A DNA stretch of 64,000 bases, from NCBI GenBank assembly GCA_964414985.1, contig CAYPXA010000007.1, positions 12,233 through 76,232 of the forward strand. The letters are read 5' to 3'. Below are positions 1 to 8,392 of this stretch, piece by piece. The notes under the pieces were generated by a model that worked only from the letters and a program-made list of their open reading frames with translations, was not told where the DNA came from and did not search any database. The DNA is from an uncultured Methanosarcinales archaeon. GTDB lineage: Archaea; Nanobdellota; Nanobdellia; Woesearchaeales; JAGWAF01. Within the stretch, counting starts at the first letter, position 1; each line of letters opens with the position of its first letter. A program made the translations under genes and the position numbers.

Positions 1-601
1 ATTTGTGGTGCCTAACAAATTAGTTCTAAGTTCTTAACTGAATTTCTGAAAAGGCTCACTTTCCAGAAAGGCATATAGCCCAATTTGTGCAAAAAAGCAG
101 GCTAAAGCCTTCAAATTTGCCATTTCAGCAGAGGTCATGCAAAAACTGGAAAAATGCATAAAAACTTCGAAAAAAAGAAAAAATAAAGAAAAAACAAACA
201 AATTCTTGAATTATCCCAAAATCTCACTCTTTTTTGATAAGAAATTTGTATTCTGGCAAAACACCCTAAACAAACCCTCACTTTTGGGAGGGATTATTAG
301 CAGTTTAATATCTATTTTATAATAAATATATTTGAATAAGCATTTTCTAAAAGGTATTAAACAAAAACGATATTAAAATATGCATTTTAAAGGAGGATAT
401 AACACTTAAAGATAGAGGTTACAAAAGCATAATCTTTAAATATTAACATTGGTTAACCCGCGGAGTGAGTGAGACGTTTTTCGACGATAAAATCAAAAAA
501 GCTTTTTTTACTACTTTAGCGAGAAAAAGGCAACTGATTTTTGCGAAAAAATTCTCAGATTTTCATAAAAAAATAAAACCAGATTATGTGATTTTCGGAA
601 A

Positions 602-1249
602 ATGAGTGAAGAAAAAATCGAAGAAAGCCTTGAAACTTTTTTAAAACTAGACAAAAAAGCAAACAAAACACCTGAAGCTAAGCGCATTGCAGTCAGATTT
701 AATGAAACCTTAAAAAAACATGTTACCAGCGAGATAAAAGAAGGAAATGACCCTGCATATTTCACTCAAAAAAAGATGAACTATGAAGGCAATTACCTCT
801 CAATGGAGTGCATTCTGGGAGCTGAAGGCATTACAGGAAATCCTAGTGAAATATGCCGCTGTGCAATAAACGCAAATATGACTGCCCGAGAGATGGCAAA
901 TCTTTCTGAAAATGGAACAGCCTATGCTCCTGCTACTGAACCCCTTGTTTTTGGGTTTATCCTCGGAAACTGGTATGACATTTCAAGGATGAGCCAGGCT
1001 ATGGAGTTCTGCGCAACATCAAGGAATGAGAATGTTGTAAAGGATGTTTTTGACCTTAAGGCTGAAATAAGGTTTAAATACGACGGTAATGAGCCTCCTT
1101 CATCGCACCTTATCATGACAGTGTACAATGCTGCATTCCCGCAAAAATTCAGCTTTTTTGATGCCCTGGATTTAGCATATTCCAACCAGCAAAAACAGGA
1201 TAACCCTAAGTGTAAGGAATCATCCCAGAATTCGCTTAATCGTGCATAG
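602..1249 (+). CDS. hypothetical protein (215 aa)
   Basis: Long ORF after an AT-rich leader with a plausible RBS and start; no recognisable motif. Confidence 0.4.
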   Translation: MSEEKIEESLETFLKLDKKANKTPEAKRIAVRFNETLKKHVTSEIKEGNDPAYFTQKKMNYEGNYLSMECILGAEGITGNPSEICRCAINANMTAREMANLSENGTAYAPATEPLVFGFILGNWYDISRMSQAMEFCATSRNENVVKDVFDLKAEIRFKYDGNEPPSSHLIMTVYNAAFPQKFSFFDALDLAYSNQQKQDNPKCKESSQNSLNRA

Positions 1250-1756
1250 AATTGCAAATTTTGCTGTTAAACCGGGGTTGTGCGCGAAGAGCACCTCAAC
1301 CTTTTTTGTCGGAATAACCCTGGAAAAGCAGAGATTATCCCAACTACGTCGGAATAAACCCAGAATGAGCAGTTTTTCTCAAAACCAAGAAAACCCTAGT
1401 TTGTCAAAATTGTCGGGATTTTGGATGCCTGCCAGGCTTTGATGCGCAAAATTTGGCAAATTTTTAAGGGTTTAGCCATATCCAAACACCTTTTTTGAAA
1501 AAAGTCTTCTCTGAGCGCGTTTATTTGATTTTCTTTATAAAGGAAACAAAAAATCAGGCAAAAATCAGGGTTTCAAAAACGCAAAAAAACAATCGAAAAG
1601 AAATTTGATTAAAACTTTTAAGCAAAACCAAATATTTTTAATTAATTTTTTAAACTAAAAGTTACAATTAAAGCTTAAAACTTTTAAGCAAACACCACTG
1701 GACACACTGTCGGGATTATCGTAAAACTTATAAAGAACAGAAATGCAGGGATAATC

Positions 1757-2455
1757 ATGAAATTTGAACTTGAATTAACCGAACCATTGCCAGATGCGGA
1801 AACCGACGAGATAGCAAGGATTTTGCTTGCAAGATTCGGGCTCCTGCCAAGGAAAAAGGACGGCCAGGCAAAGATGCACAGCCTCCTTCTTGAACTGTAT
1901 GAGCGCAAAAAAGCTGCAAACAGGGAAAAGAAGCCTGAAGCAGCAGTCATGACTGTCGAAGACATGGGCATTTTTGCAGGCATTAAGAGGCAGACAATGT
2001 ACGATTACTTGGGCAGATGGCTGTCCCTAAGCCTTCTCAAAAAAACATCGTTTGTAGCCAGCGGAAAGGTCGTAATCGGCTATGAGCTGAACGGCACAAA
2101 CCTTGAATCTGCATTCAAAAAGGCAGAAACAACGATAAGGAGCCATGTCGAGCAGAGCCTTGAGCTTGTGCGGATGCTCCAGAATGAGGTCAAAAAGGAA
2201 AAAATCAGGCAGAATATGCCTTCTGGAGAGCAGACCCCTGCTATTGGCGCAGCTGCTGCAGAATTGGCTGGAAGCGAAGAGCCTGTCGAGCCAGAACCAG
2301 AAGAGCCCAGCCCAGACCCATTAACTCCAGAGCCTGACGAGCCAGAACCCGATAAGCCTGGCCCAGATCCTCTTCAGCCTGACATTCCCCTGGAAGAGAA
2401 GAAAATTGCAGAATGCGCTGAAAAAAAGCAGGAAAATACAGAAAAAACTGAATAA
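1757..2455 (+). CDS. hypothetical protein with C-terminal Pro/Glu-rich low-complexity tail (PEPEEPSPDPLTPEPDEPEPDKPGPDP)
   Basis: 232-aa ORF whose N-terminal half is ordinary protein-like and whose C-terminus is a PE/PD repeat. Confidence 0.4.
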   Translation: MKFELELTEPLPDAETDEIARILLARFGLLPRKKDGQAKMHSLLLELYERKKAANREKKPEAAVMTVEDMGIFAGIKRQTMYDYLGRWLSLSLLKKTSFVASGKVVIGYELNGTNLESAFKKAETTIRSHVEQSLELVRMLQNEVKKEKIRQNMPSGEQTPAIGAAAAELAGSEEPVEPEPEEPSPDPLTPEPDEPEPDKPGPDPLQPDIPLEEKKIAECAEKKQENTEKTE

Positions 2456-2472
2456 AAATCAAAAAAAGGCAT

Positions 2473-3045
2473 TCATACCCAGTATGTCAGAAGGGTGTTT
2501 ATGCCGACGATATTCTCCTTTGCCTGCAGCTCCCTGAATTCAGGCTCAAGAGTGATGTATGCCAGCTTGCTTGAGTACTTCTTTGAAATGGGTATTCCCT
2601 TCTCGACAAGGCTTGTCATGTATGAAGCAACAAGGCTTTCAGTGTAGCCAACCCTTCGTGCAACATCCTTGTAGGTTGTGTACTTGTTGTGCTCTGTAAG
2701 CACGTAAACCGCATAAAAGACCTCCTTTTCCTTTGCAGTAAGCGCCTTTATGCTGTATGCCTTTTTTTCAGCTGAAACACCGCTCTGCTGCTGGAGAATA
2801 AGCGCAAGCTTCTCGATTTTCTCATTCAGCTTGTCAATTTTGCTGTCCAGCTCGCACAAATACTCGAAATTTGACTGGATTTCGTTAGTGTTCTCGTTTA
2901 TGGCCTCAAGATGGTCCTCAAACTGCTCCTTGATCTGCTCAAAGGACTCTGAAACCTGCTCCTTTACGAGCTCAAGCTCACCCTGCTGCTTTTTGGCAAA
3001 AATGCCTACCTGTCCGTCGTTAATGTCACTTCTAATCCCAAACAC
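2473..3045 (-). CDS. coiled-coil protein with C-terminal winged-helix DNA-binding domain
   Basis: N-terminal heptad-rich region (LELVKEQVSESFEQIKEQFEDHLEAINENTNE), C-terminal HTH-like segment (YKDVARRVGYTESLVASYMTSLVEKG). Paralogous in layout to 3124..3867. Confidence 0.45.
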   Translation of the reverse strand: MFGIRSDINDGQVGIFAKKQQGELELVKEQVSESFEQIKEQFEDHLEAINENTNEIQSNFEYLCELDSKIDKLNEKIEKLALILQQQSGVSAEKKAYSIKALTAKEKEVFYAVYVLTEHNKYTTYKDVARRVGYTESLVASYMTSLVEKGIPISKKYSSKLAYITLEPEFRELQAKENIVGINTLLTYWV

Positions 3046-3123
3046 CCCCTAATTGGCTTTTTTGTTTCTGCTTAAATGGTTTTCTGTATTCCAAAATCTA
3101 TTTTGCGATTGCAAAACCTGCTT

Positions 3124-3867
3124 TCAAACTGTCCTCACAGCGTGCTTTTGGACTGCTTTGGGCAGGTAAACCTTCTCCTTGCCCCTTGCAATCATGCTTA
3201 CTGCATCCGCTGCCTCAAGCTCTTCAAGCAGCCTGTAAAACGTGCTTTTAGAGCAAAGCCCCTGCTCCTCCACAATCATCTCCCTTAGGTGGAGCGCAGA
3301 AAGCTCGTCATATCTTGCAATTGTTGAAAGTATAAGGTTTTTGATGTAGTCCTTTGAGTGCCTTGCAACCTTCCTGATGATTTTTTCCTTCAAATTGGAC
3401 ATTCCTGGTGAATGCGCTGAAGCATGGGATATCACCCTTGAAGCAGGCATTTCTTCGAGTTTTCCTGCAAATTCTCTTAGCTTGTCAAACACTGTTTTCT
3501 GGGTTTCCTCCATCATTCTTACCTGCGAATTGAGCACTGCAACCTTGTCGATGATAGGCTCAATTGTCTTGACAGAAACCCCTATTGTGTCAATCTTCTG
3601 CTCAAAATCAGAAAGCTTCCTGGTGATGTGGCTCATGTCTGGAAGCTGAAGCTGGCCCTGCTGAGACTGTGCTTTGGCAAGGTGCTCCATCTGGGCATGG
3701 ATTATCCCTATGAGCTTCTGCCTTTCAGCATCCTGCGAATAAAGATACCTTATCCAGCCGCTGACTGAAGCCATGTCCTGCCTGACTTTCTCGAATGAAT
3801 TTTCGAGGGCTGAGTCAAGCCTGGAAATCCTTGTTTCTATCTCCCCCTTTTTTCTGAACGGCCACAT
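3124..3867 (-). CDS. coiled-coil protein with C-terminal winged-helix DNA-binding domain (paralog of 2473..3045)
   Basis: Long coiled-coil followed by a wHTH-like C-terminus (STFYRLLEELEAADAVSMIARGKEKVYL). Faces the repeat-rich region 3868..5256. Confidence 0.45.
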   Translation of the reverse strand: MWPFRKKGEIETRISRLDSALENSFEKVRQDMASVSGWIRYLYSQDAERQKLIGIIHAQMEHLAKAQSQQGQLQLPDMSHITRKLSDFEQKIDTIGVSVKTIEPIIDKVAVLNSQVRMMEETQKTVFDKLREFAGKLEEMPASRVISHASAHSPGMSNLKEKIIRKVARHSKDYIKNLILSTIARYDELSALHLREMIVEEQGLCSKSTFYRLLEELEAADAVSMIARGKEKVYLPKAVQKHAVRTV

Positions 3868-3918
3868 AATCAGGACTATCCAAAAAATTCTGGTATAAAA
3901 ACCTTTCGATTCAAAAAA

Positions 3919-4091
3919 ATGGGAATGAATTAGGACATTCCCAGGAATAAAATGGGACTATTATGGGAATGAGAAAGCCTTTAAAGTCCTGAATTCATGA
4001 GTTATAGCCTTTTTTGTCATTCCCAATGGGAATGAAATGGGAACGTCCTGGGACTGTCCTGGGAATGAGATGGGAATGAAATGGGAATGAG
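3919..4091. promoter_or_regulatory. cluster of GGGAATG / CATTCCC dyad-symmetric sites (candidate operator array)
   Basis: Inverted repeat GGGAATG-N8-CATTCCC at 3921..3942 and palindrome CATTCCC-AAT-GGGAATG at 4018..4034. Five further ATGGGAATGA direct copies lie between 4038 and 4091. All sit immediately upstream of the minus-strand wHTH gene ending at 3867. Confidence 0.45.
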
Positions 4092-4099
4092 AAAAGTGC

Positions 4100-4440
4100 A
4101 AGAAAAATGGCTGAAAAAAGCCAAAAAAAGCGCAAAAAAGCAGGCCCGAAAATGCCAAAAACAAGCCCAAAAAAAGCGGCAGAAAACCCTAAAAAAGATG
4201 CAAAAAAAAGCATAAAAATCTGCCAAAAAAATGATAAAAAACAGCAAAAAAAAGCATGAAAAAATGCCTAAAAATGGCAAAAAAAATCACTTAAAATTGC
4301 CTTAAAAAACAGCCAAAATTTTGCAAAAAAAGCCAAAAAAGTGATGCCAAAATGAGGCCTAAAATCAGCCAAAAAGTAAGAAAAAAAGCTTGAAAAAAAA
4401 GCTAAAAAAAGTTCAAAAAAAGCTCAAAAGTGAGTCGGTT
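4100..4440. repeat. degenerate tandem array of roughly 12-nt A-rich units (GCnAAAAAAAGC-like)
   Basis: Read directly: gccaaaaaaagcgcaaaaaagcaggcccgaaaatgccaaaaacaagcccaaaaaaagcggc and onward. This produces the spurious K/F-rich ORFs on both strands. Confidence 0.6.
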
Positions 4441-5252
4441 AGGCACCGAAAAAATGCCCAAAAAAAGTGAGATTTGGATCAAAAACGAGGGTTGGTATAG
4501 CCTAAAAGTGCACTAAAAACAGTATATGCCACTATATATACAAGATATGTGTTCTAAGTACAGATTATGGCAAATATTATGATATATTATATCTAGCTTC
4601 TAAGTGCAGAGACACCTGCAATATTATATAGTATGCCTCTATTCCTGAAAAGTGAGAGTTTATTTTGGAAATAATATATGAAATTATGGCAAAATCCCCT
4701 AATTAATGCCCTAAAGTGAGAGTTCAAATAGCAAAAATCCAAGAAAAACAAGGCCTGCAGCCTGAAAAATGAAAGAAAAACTGGAAAAATGAGCAAAATA
4801 TATAGGAATCATATATAAAATCAGGGGAATGTGAGAAATCCTGCGCAGTATTATATAGCCCTATCTGCCAAAAACCCTCAAATCTTCCAAATGAACAAAA
4901 CAAAACAGCACGTTTAGGCTATAATCCCCTAAAAAAAGCCTAAAAGTGAGAATATGAGCTGTTGTCAGCCTGAAAAATCCGCAAAAAACATTTGAAAGAA
5001 TCTGAAAAGACCTTGAAATGACAGAAAACAGGTAATCTATATAGGAATCATATACAAGATAGATACAATCATATTACAACCCATATACTAAATAGTATAT
5101 GCCCTTTCAGAGTTTTATAATAGAACTATATGAATCTATACAAACTGCTGAAAAGTGAGTTAGGCATCAAGTGTGAAAGGCAGGATAAGCCCTAAAACAC
5201 TATATTTTATATACTCCAGCCGGTTTTGAACAGCAAAAATATCAAAAGTGAG
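4427..5252 (+). repeat. seven same-strand copies of the 8-mer AAAGTGAG plus other short dispersed repeats in an AT-rich intergenic region
   Basis: AAAGTGAG at 4428, 4464, 4648, 4713, 4943, 5152 and 5245, all on the + strand and usually preceded by CYnA. TATAGGAATCATATA occurs twice (about 4798 and 5039) and AGTATATGCC twice (about 4523 and 5093). Confidence 0.5.
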
Positions 5253-5256
5253 TGCA

Positions 5257-5895
5257 ATGCCTCAGATTAACTCAAAATCCAGCCTGGCAATAGCTCTTTC
5301 AGGCCTTAAAGGCTTTGAAAAGCCCAAAGTGAGGGAAGAGCAGTATATTACAGAGCCTGAAATCGCTGCAGACGTCATATGGATGATTCTAATGCGCGAG
5401 CAGCTTAATGGAAAGACAGTTGCAGACCTTGGCTCAGGCACAGGAATACTTGGCTTGGGCTGCCTTCTTGCAGGCGCATCAAAGGTGTTTCTCGTCGAGA
5501 AAGATGAGAATGCAATGCTCACTGCAAAGCAGAATTATGAGCTGCTCAAATCAGAAGGATACAAACTGGGAGATGCTGAATTCATCCTTTCAGACATAAA
5601 TGGCTTCAAAGAGAAGGCAGATATTGTGCTCCAGAACCCTCCGTTCGGCACAAAGGATAAGCACGCTGACAGGGAGTTTCTTGAGAAGGCATTTTCGACT
5701 GCAGGAAAGGTGTTTTCATTCCATAAAACCTCAACTGAGCAGTTTGTAAGGGCTTTTGCAGAGTCTTCAGGGTTCCATATCGAGGGAATGCTTGATTTCA
5801 AATTCCCGCTGCACCACACGCAGAATTTCCACACCCGCAGGATACACAGGATAGAAGTCACCCTTTTTGCACTCTCAAATACCAAACCTCAATAA
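5257..5895 (+). CDS. putative RNA N6-adenine methyltransferase, METTL5-like (COG2263 family)
   Basis: SAM-binding motif I VADLGSGTGILG and the catalytic NPPF tetrad (LQNPPFG). Size is about 210 aa. The ATG at 5257 is preferred over the GTG at 5248. Confidence 0.6.
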   Translation: MPQINSKSSLAIALSGLKGFEKPKVREEQYITEPEIAADVIWMILMREQLNGKTVADLGSGTGILGLGCLLAGASKVFLVEKDENAMLTAKQNYELLKSEGYKLGDAEFILSDINGFKEKADIVLQNPPFGTKDKHADREFLEKAFSTAGKVFSFHKTSTEQFVRAFAESSGFHIEGMLDFKFPLHHTQNFHTRRIHRIEVTLFALSNTKPQ

Positions 5896-5929
5896 AAATA
5901 AAAAGGTTTTTAAATGAGCTATTTATTCT

Positions 5930-6214
5930 TTGGTTAAAATGGAAATCAAGGTTCTCGAGGAAAAGAAAAACAGGATGGTAGTTTCAGTTTCAGGCGAAAC
6001 CCACACTGTGTGCAACGCGCTTGTAAAGGAGCTGTGGAACGACAGCCACGTCAAGTCAGCAGGATACAGGATAAACCACCCTCTTGCAGGAGTTCCTACA
6101 GTAATGGTTGAGACCGACGGAGAAGAGCCAAGAAAGGCTGTCAGCGCTGCAATAAAAAGGCTAAAGAAGTCAATTGACGACTTCAAAAAGGCTGCAAAGT
6201 CAATAAAAGAATGA
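5930..6214 (+). CDS. rpoL: DNA-directed RNA polymerase subunit L (Rpo11/RpoL)
   Basis: 94 aa; GETHTVCNALVKEL...GYRINHP matches the Rpb11/RpoL signature (EGHTLGNLL...Y.i.HP). Confidence 0.55.
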   Translation: MVKMEIKVLEEKKNRMVVSVSGETHTVCNALVKELWNDSHVKSAGYRINHPLAGVPTVMVETDGEEPRKAVSAAIKRLKKSIDDFKKAAKSIKE

Positions 6215-6762
6215 ATATTTCTGCAGAGGACGGAAAGAGCCTCCTAAAGATTGCACGAGACTCAATTTCTTTATGCTTTTCAGGCAAAGAGCAGGCTATA
6301 CCTTCTGAAGCCAAAAAAAAGTTCTCTGAATATGCAGGAGCGTTTGTGACTATTACAATAGACGGAGAGCTTAGGGGGTGCATCGGCTTTACAGAGCCTG
6401 TTTTCATGCTCTGGGAGGCAGTCTCATCAGCTGCAAGGGCTGCTGCATTTGAAGACCCAAGATTTCCAGAGCTTAATGAAGAAGAGCTTGCCAATGCCAA
6501 GATTGAGGTTTCTGTGCTGTCCAGGCCGGAGCTTATCGAGGAGCCTTACGAAAGCAAGATAAAGATAGGCAAGCACGGGCTTATCGCTGAAAAAGGAGAA
6601 TACATAGGCCTTCTTCTGCCTCAGGTTTTCACAGAATATTCTGCAGATGCAAAAAAGGCGCTTGAGATGACCTGCGAGAAGGCTGGGCTCAATCCCAATG
6701 CGTGGAAGGAAAGCTCGTGCAGGATTTACAGGTTTTCTGCGCAAATCTTCAGCGAGAAATAG
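6211..6762 (+). CDS. AMMECR1-domain protein
   Basis: Conserved LRGCIG motif (GELRGCIGFTEP); size about 180 aa, typical of archaeal AMMECR1 homologs. Confidence 0.6.
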   Translation: MNISAEDGKSLLKIARDSISLCFSGKEQAIPSEAKKKFSEYAGAFVTITIDGELRGCIGFTEPVFMLWEAVSSAARAAAFEDPRFPELNEEELANAKIEVSVLSRPELIEEPYESKIKIGKHGLIAEKGEYIGLLLPQVFTEYSADAKKALEMTCEKAGLNPNAWKESSCRIYRFSAQIFSEK

Positions 6763-6842
6763 CTAAAAAGCAATTAGCATCATATTAATCCCGTTATTCT
6801 GAACCCAAAGCCTTAAATACATCATGGTGCCTAACTTTTCAT

Positions 6843-7427
6843 ATGGCCTTTATAAGGGTTAAAAAAGTCAAGCAGTGGGAATATGCCTATCTCGTTGAAA
6901 ACAAATGGAAGTCCAAAAGGACAAAGCAGAAGGTAAAGCAGTATCTTGGAAGGGTCCACCAGCTTGAGAACATTGCAGGCTGCGCATTCTGCCATAACAT
7001 TGAAAAGATGAAGTTTAAAGACGCTGTAAAAGAGCTTGCAAAGTTTGAGCTTGCCAAGTCAGGGTTCAAGGCAAACGGCAATGTGCTTGAAAAGGAAGAT
7101 TTTACTGCAGATTTTGACAAAGGGGAGTTCAGGTCATGCAGTGCAAAACAAAAAAAAGCAAAGGATATTGTTTTTGAGTCAAACGAGGGGTTTATCTGCT
7201 CGCACACTTACAAGTGCCTGGTTAATTTCAAGCCAAGGGAAGACGAGGAGGAGACTGCGCTTTACCTTGCAGAAGCAATACTTGGAGCAGGAATCAGCAT
7301 TCCGCACGAGGTTTTCATAAAGCTTTATGAGAAGGTAAAAGACCCGTGCATGCCAATTATAGAGGATACGCAAAAGTTTATAAACAAGGCATCACCAACC
7401 GAAAACGATTTTGAAAGGTCGAGTTAA
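6843..7427 (+). CDS. hypothetical protein (194 aa)
   Basis: ORF with good start context; no recognisable motif. Confidence 0.35.
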   Translation: MAFIRVKKVKQWEYAYLVENKWKSKRTKQKVKQYLGRVHQLENIAGCAFCHNIEKMKFKDAVKELAKFELAKSGFKANGNVLEKEDFTADFDKGEFRSCSAKQKKAKDIVFESNEGFICSHTYKCLVNFKPREDEEETALYLAEAILGAGISIPHEVFIKLYEKVKDPCMPIIEDTQKFINKASPTENDFERSS

Positions 7428-8125
7428 TGGAAGAAAACTACCCAAAGCACATTGGAATTATTCTTGATGGAAACAGGAGATGGGCCAAGGAAAAGGGCAG
7501 ATTTGCCTGGGACGGCCACAAGGCAGGCTTCGACAAGCTGAGCGACCTTTTCAAATGGGCAAGGGAGCTTAAAATAAAGGAGCTAAGCCTCTATTGTTTT
7601 TCAACAAAGAACTTTCAGAGAGACCCGAAGGAAGTAAGCTTTTTGATGAGAATATTTGAGAAGGCTGCAAAAGACGTGCTGACAGACAAGAGCGTGCACG
7701 AAAACAGGGTAAAAATAAGGTTTATAGGCAGGCTTCACATGCTTCCAGATTCAGTGCAGAAAGCTGCAAAAGAGGCAATGGAAGCAACAAAAGAGTATGA
7801 TAATTACATTGTGAATTTCTGCGTTGCATACGGCGGAAGGGAAGAGATTGTTGATGCTGCAAACAGGGCGCTGCAGGACGCAGCTGCAGGCAGGATAAGC
7901 AGCGTTGACGAGAAAACATTCAATAATTACATGTACATACAGAGCGACCCTGACTTTATCATAAGGACTTCAGGAGAGTTCAGGACTTCAGACTTCCTGA
8001 CATGGCACGCGAGCTATTCAGAGTGGATTTTCCTGAATAAATACTGGCCTGACTTCTCAAAGCAGGATCTTGAGGATTCAGTAAAGGAATTCTTAGAAGG
8101 CAGGCAGAGACGGTTTGGGAAGTAA
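7427..8125 (+). CDS. uppS: undecaprenyl (tritrans,polycis) diphosphate synthase, cis-prenyltransferase family
   Basis: HIGIILDGNRRWAKEKG is the hallmark UppS N-terminal motif; overall length 232 aa. Confidence 0.8.
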   Translation: MEENYPKHIGIILDGNRRWAKEKGRFAWDGHKAGFDKLSDLFKWARELKIKELSLYCFSTKNFQRDPKEVSFLMRIFEKAAKDVLTDKSVHENRVKIRFIGRLHMLPDSVQKAAKEAMEATKEYDNYIVNFCVAYGGREEIVDAANRALQDAAAGRISSVDEKTFNNYMYIQSDPDFIIRTSGEFRTSDFLTWHASYSEWIFLNKYWPDFSKQDLEDSVKEFLEGRQRRFGK

Positions 8126-8160
8126 GCATAGAACTCCATTACCGTTAAGCGCATTAACAG

Positions 8161-8255
8161 CATTGCCGCCCAGCGCAGTACTCGTTTTCTGACATTCTTC
8201 AAAAGGTGACTCCTGCAAATACGCGATTCAATAATCCTCACGAAGCGCGGCAATG
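8161..8255 (+). repeat. 95-bp inverted-repeat element copy A (subtype 1), MITE-like or sRNA-like
   Basis: cattgccgcccagcgcagtact...ttcttcaaaaggtgactcctg...ttcaataatcctcacgaagcgcggcaatg; the termini CATTGCCGC/GCGGCAATG are reverse complements. Confidence 0.8.
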
Positions 8256-8262
8256 ACCTAGG

Positions 8263-8357
8263 GATTGCCGCCAAGCGCAGTACTCTTTTTTTGAGTTTGA
8301 TTAGCACGTGACTCCTTTGAAGAAGCTGTTTAATATTCTGCACGAAGCGCGGCAATG
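8263..8357 (+). repeat. 95-bp inverted-repeat element copy B (subtype 2), tandem with copy A
   Basis: gattgccgccaagcgcagtact...gagtttgattagcacgtgactcctttgaagaagc...cacgaagcgcggcaatg. Confidence 0.8.
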
Positions 8358-8392
8358 CGACAGTAAGCCTGCATCCCCACTTCTCAATCTGT

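Noticed and set aside
137-322. 61-aa K-rich ORF in the 5' AT-rich region
   Set aside because: Low-complexity lysine-rich product from A-rich DNA; no RBS or promoter context; likely non-coding.
3961-4280. Overlapping ORFs on the minus strand (69, 72 and 87 aa) rich in F/L/K
   Set aside because: Translation artefacts of the A-rich 12-mer tandem array and GGGAATG repeats. Three mutually overlapping frames with low-complexity products.
3900-5250. Possible CRISPR array suggested by repeated short motifs in a non-coding region
   Set aside because: Repeats are short (7-12 nt) and of several unrelated classes, with irregular spacing and no uniform 25-40-nt direct repeat alternating with unique spacers. 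No cas genes nearby.
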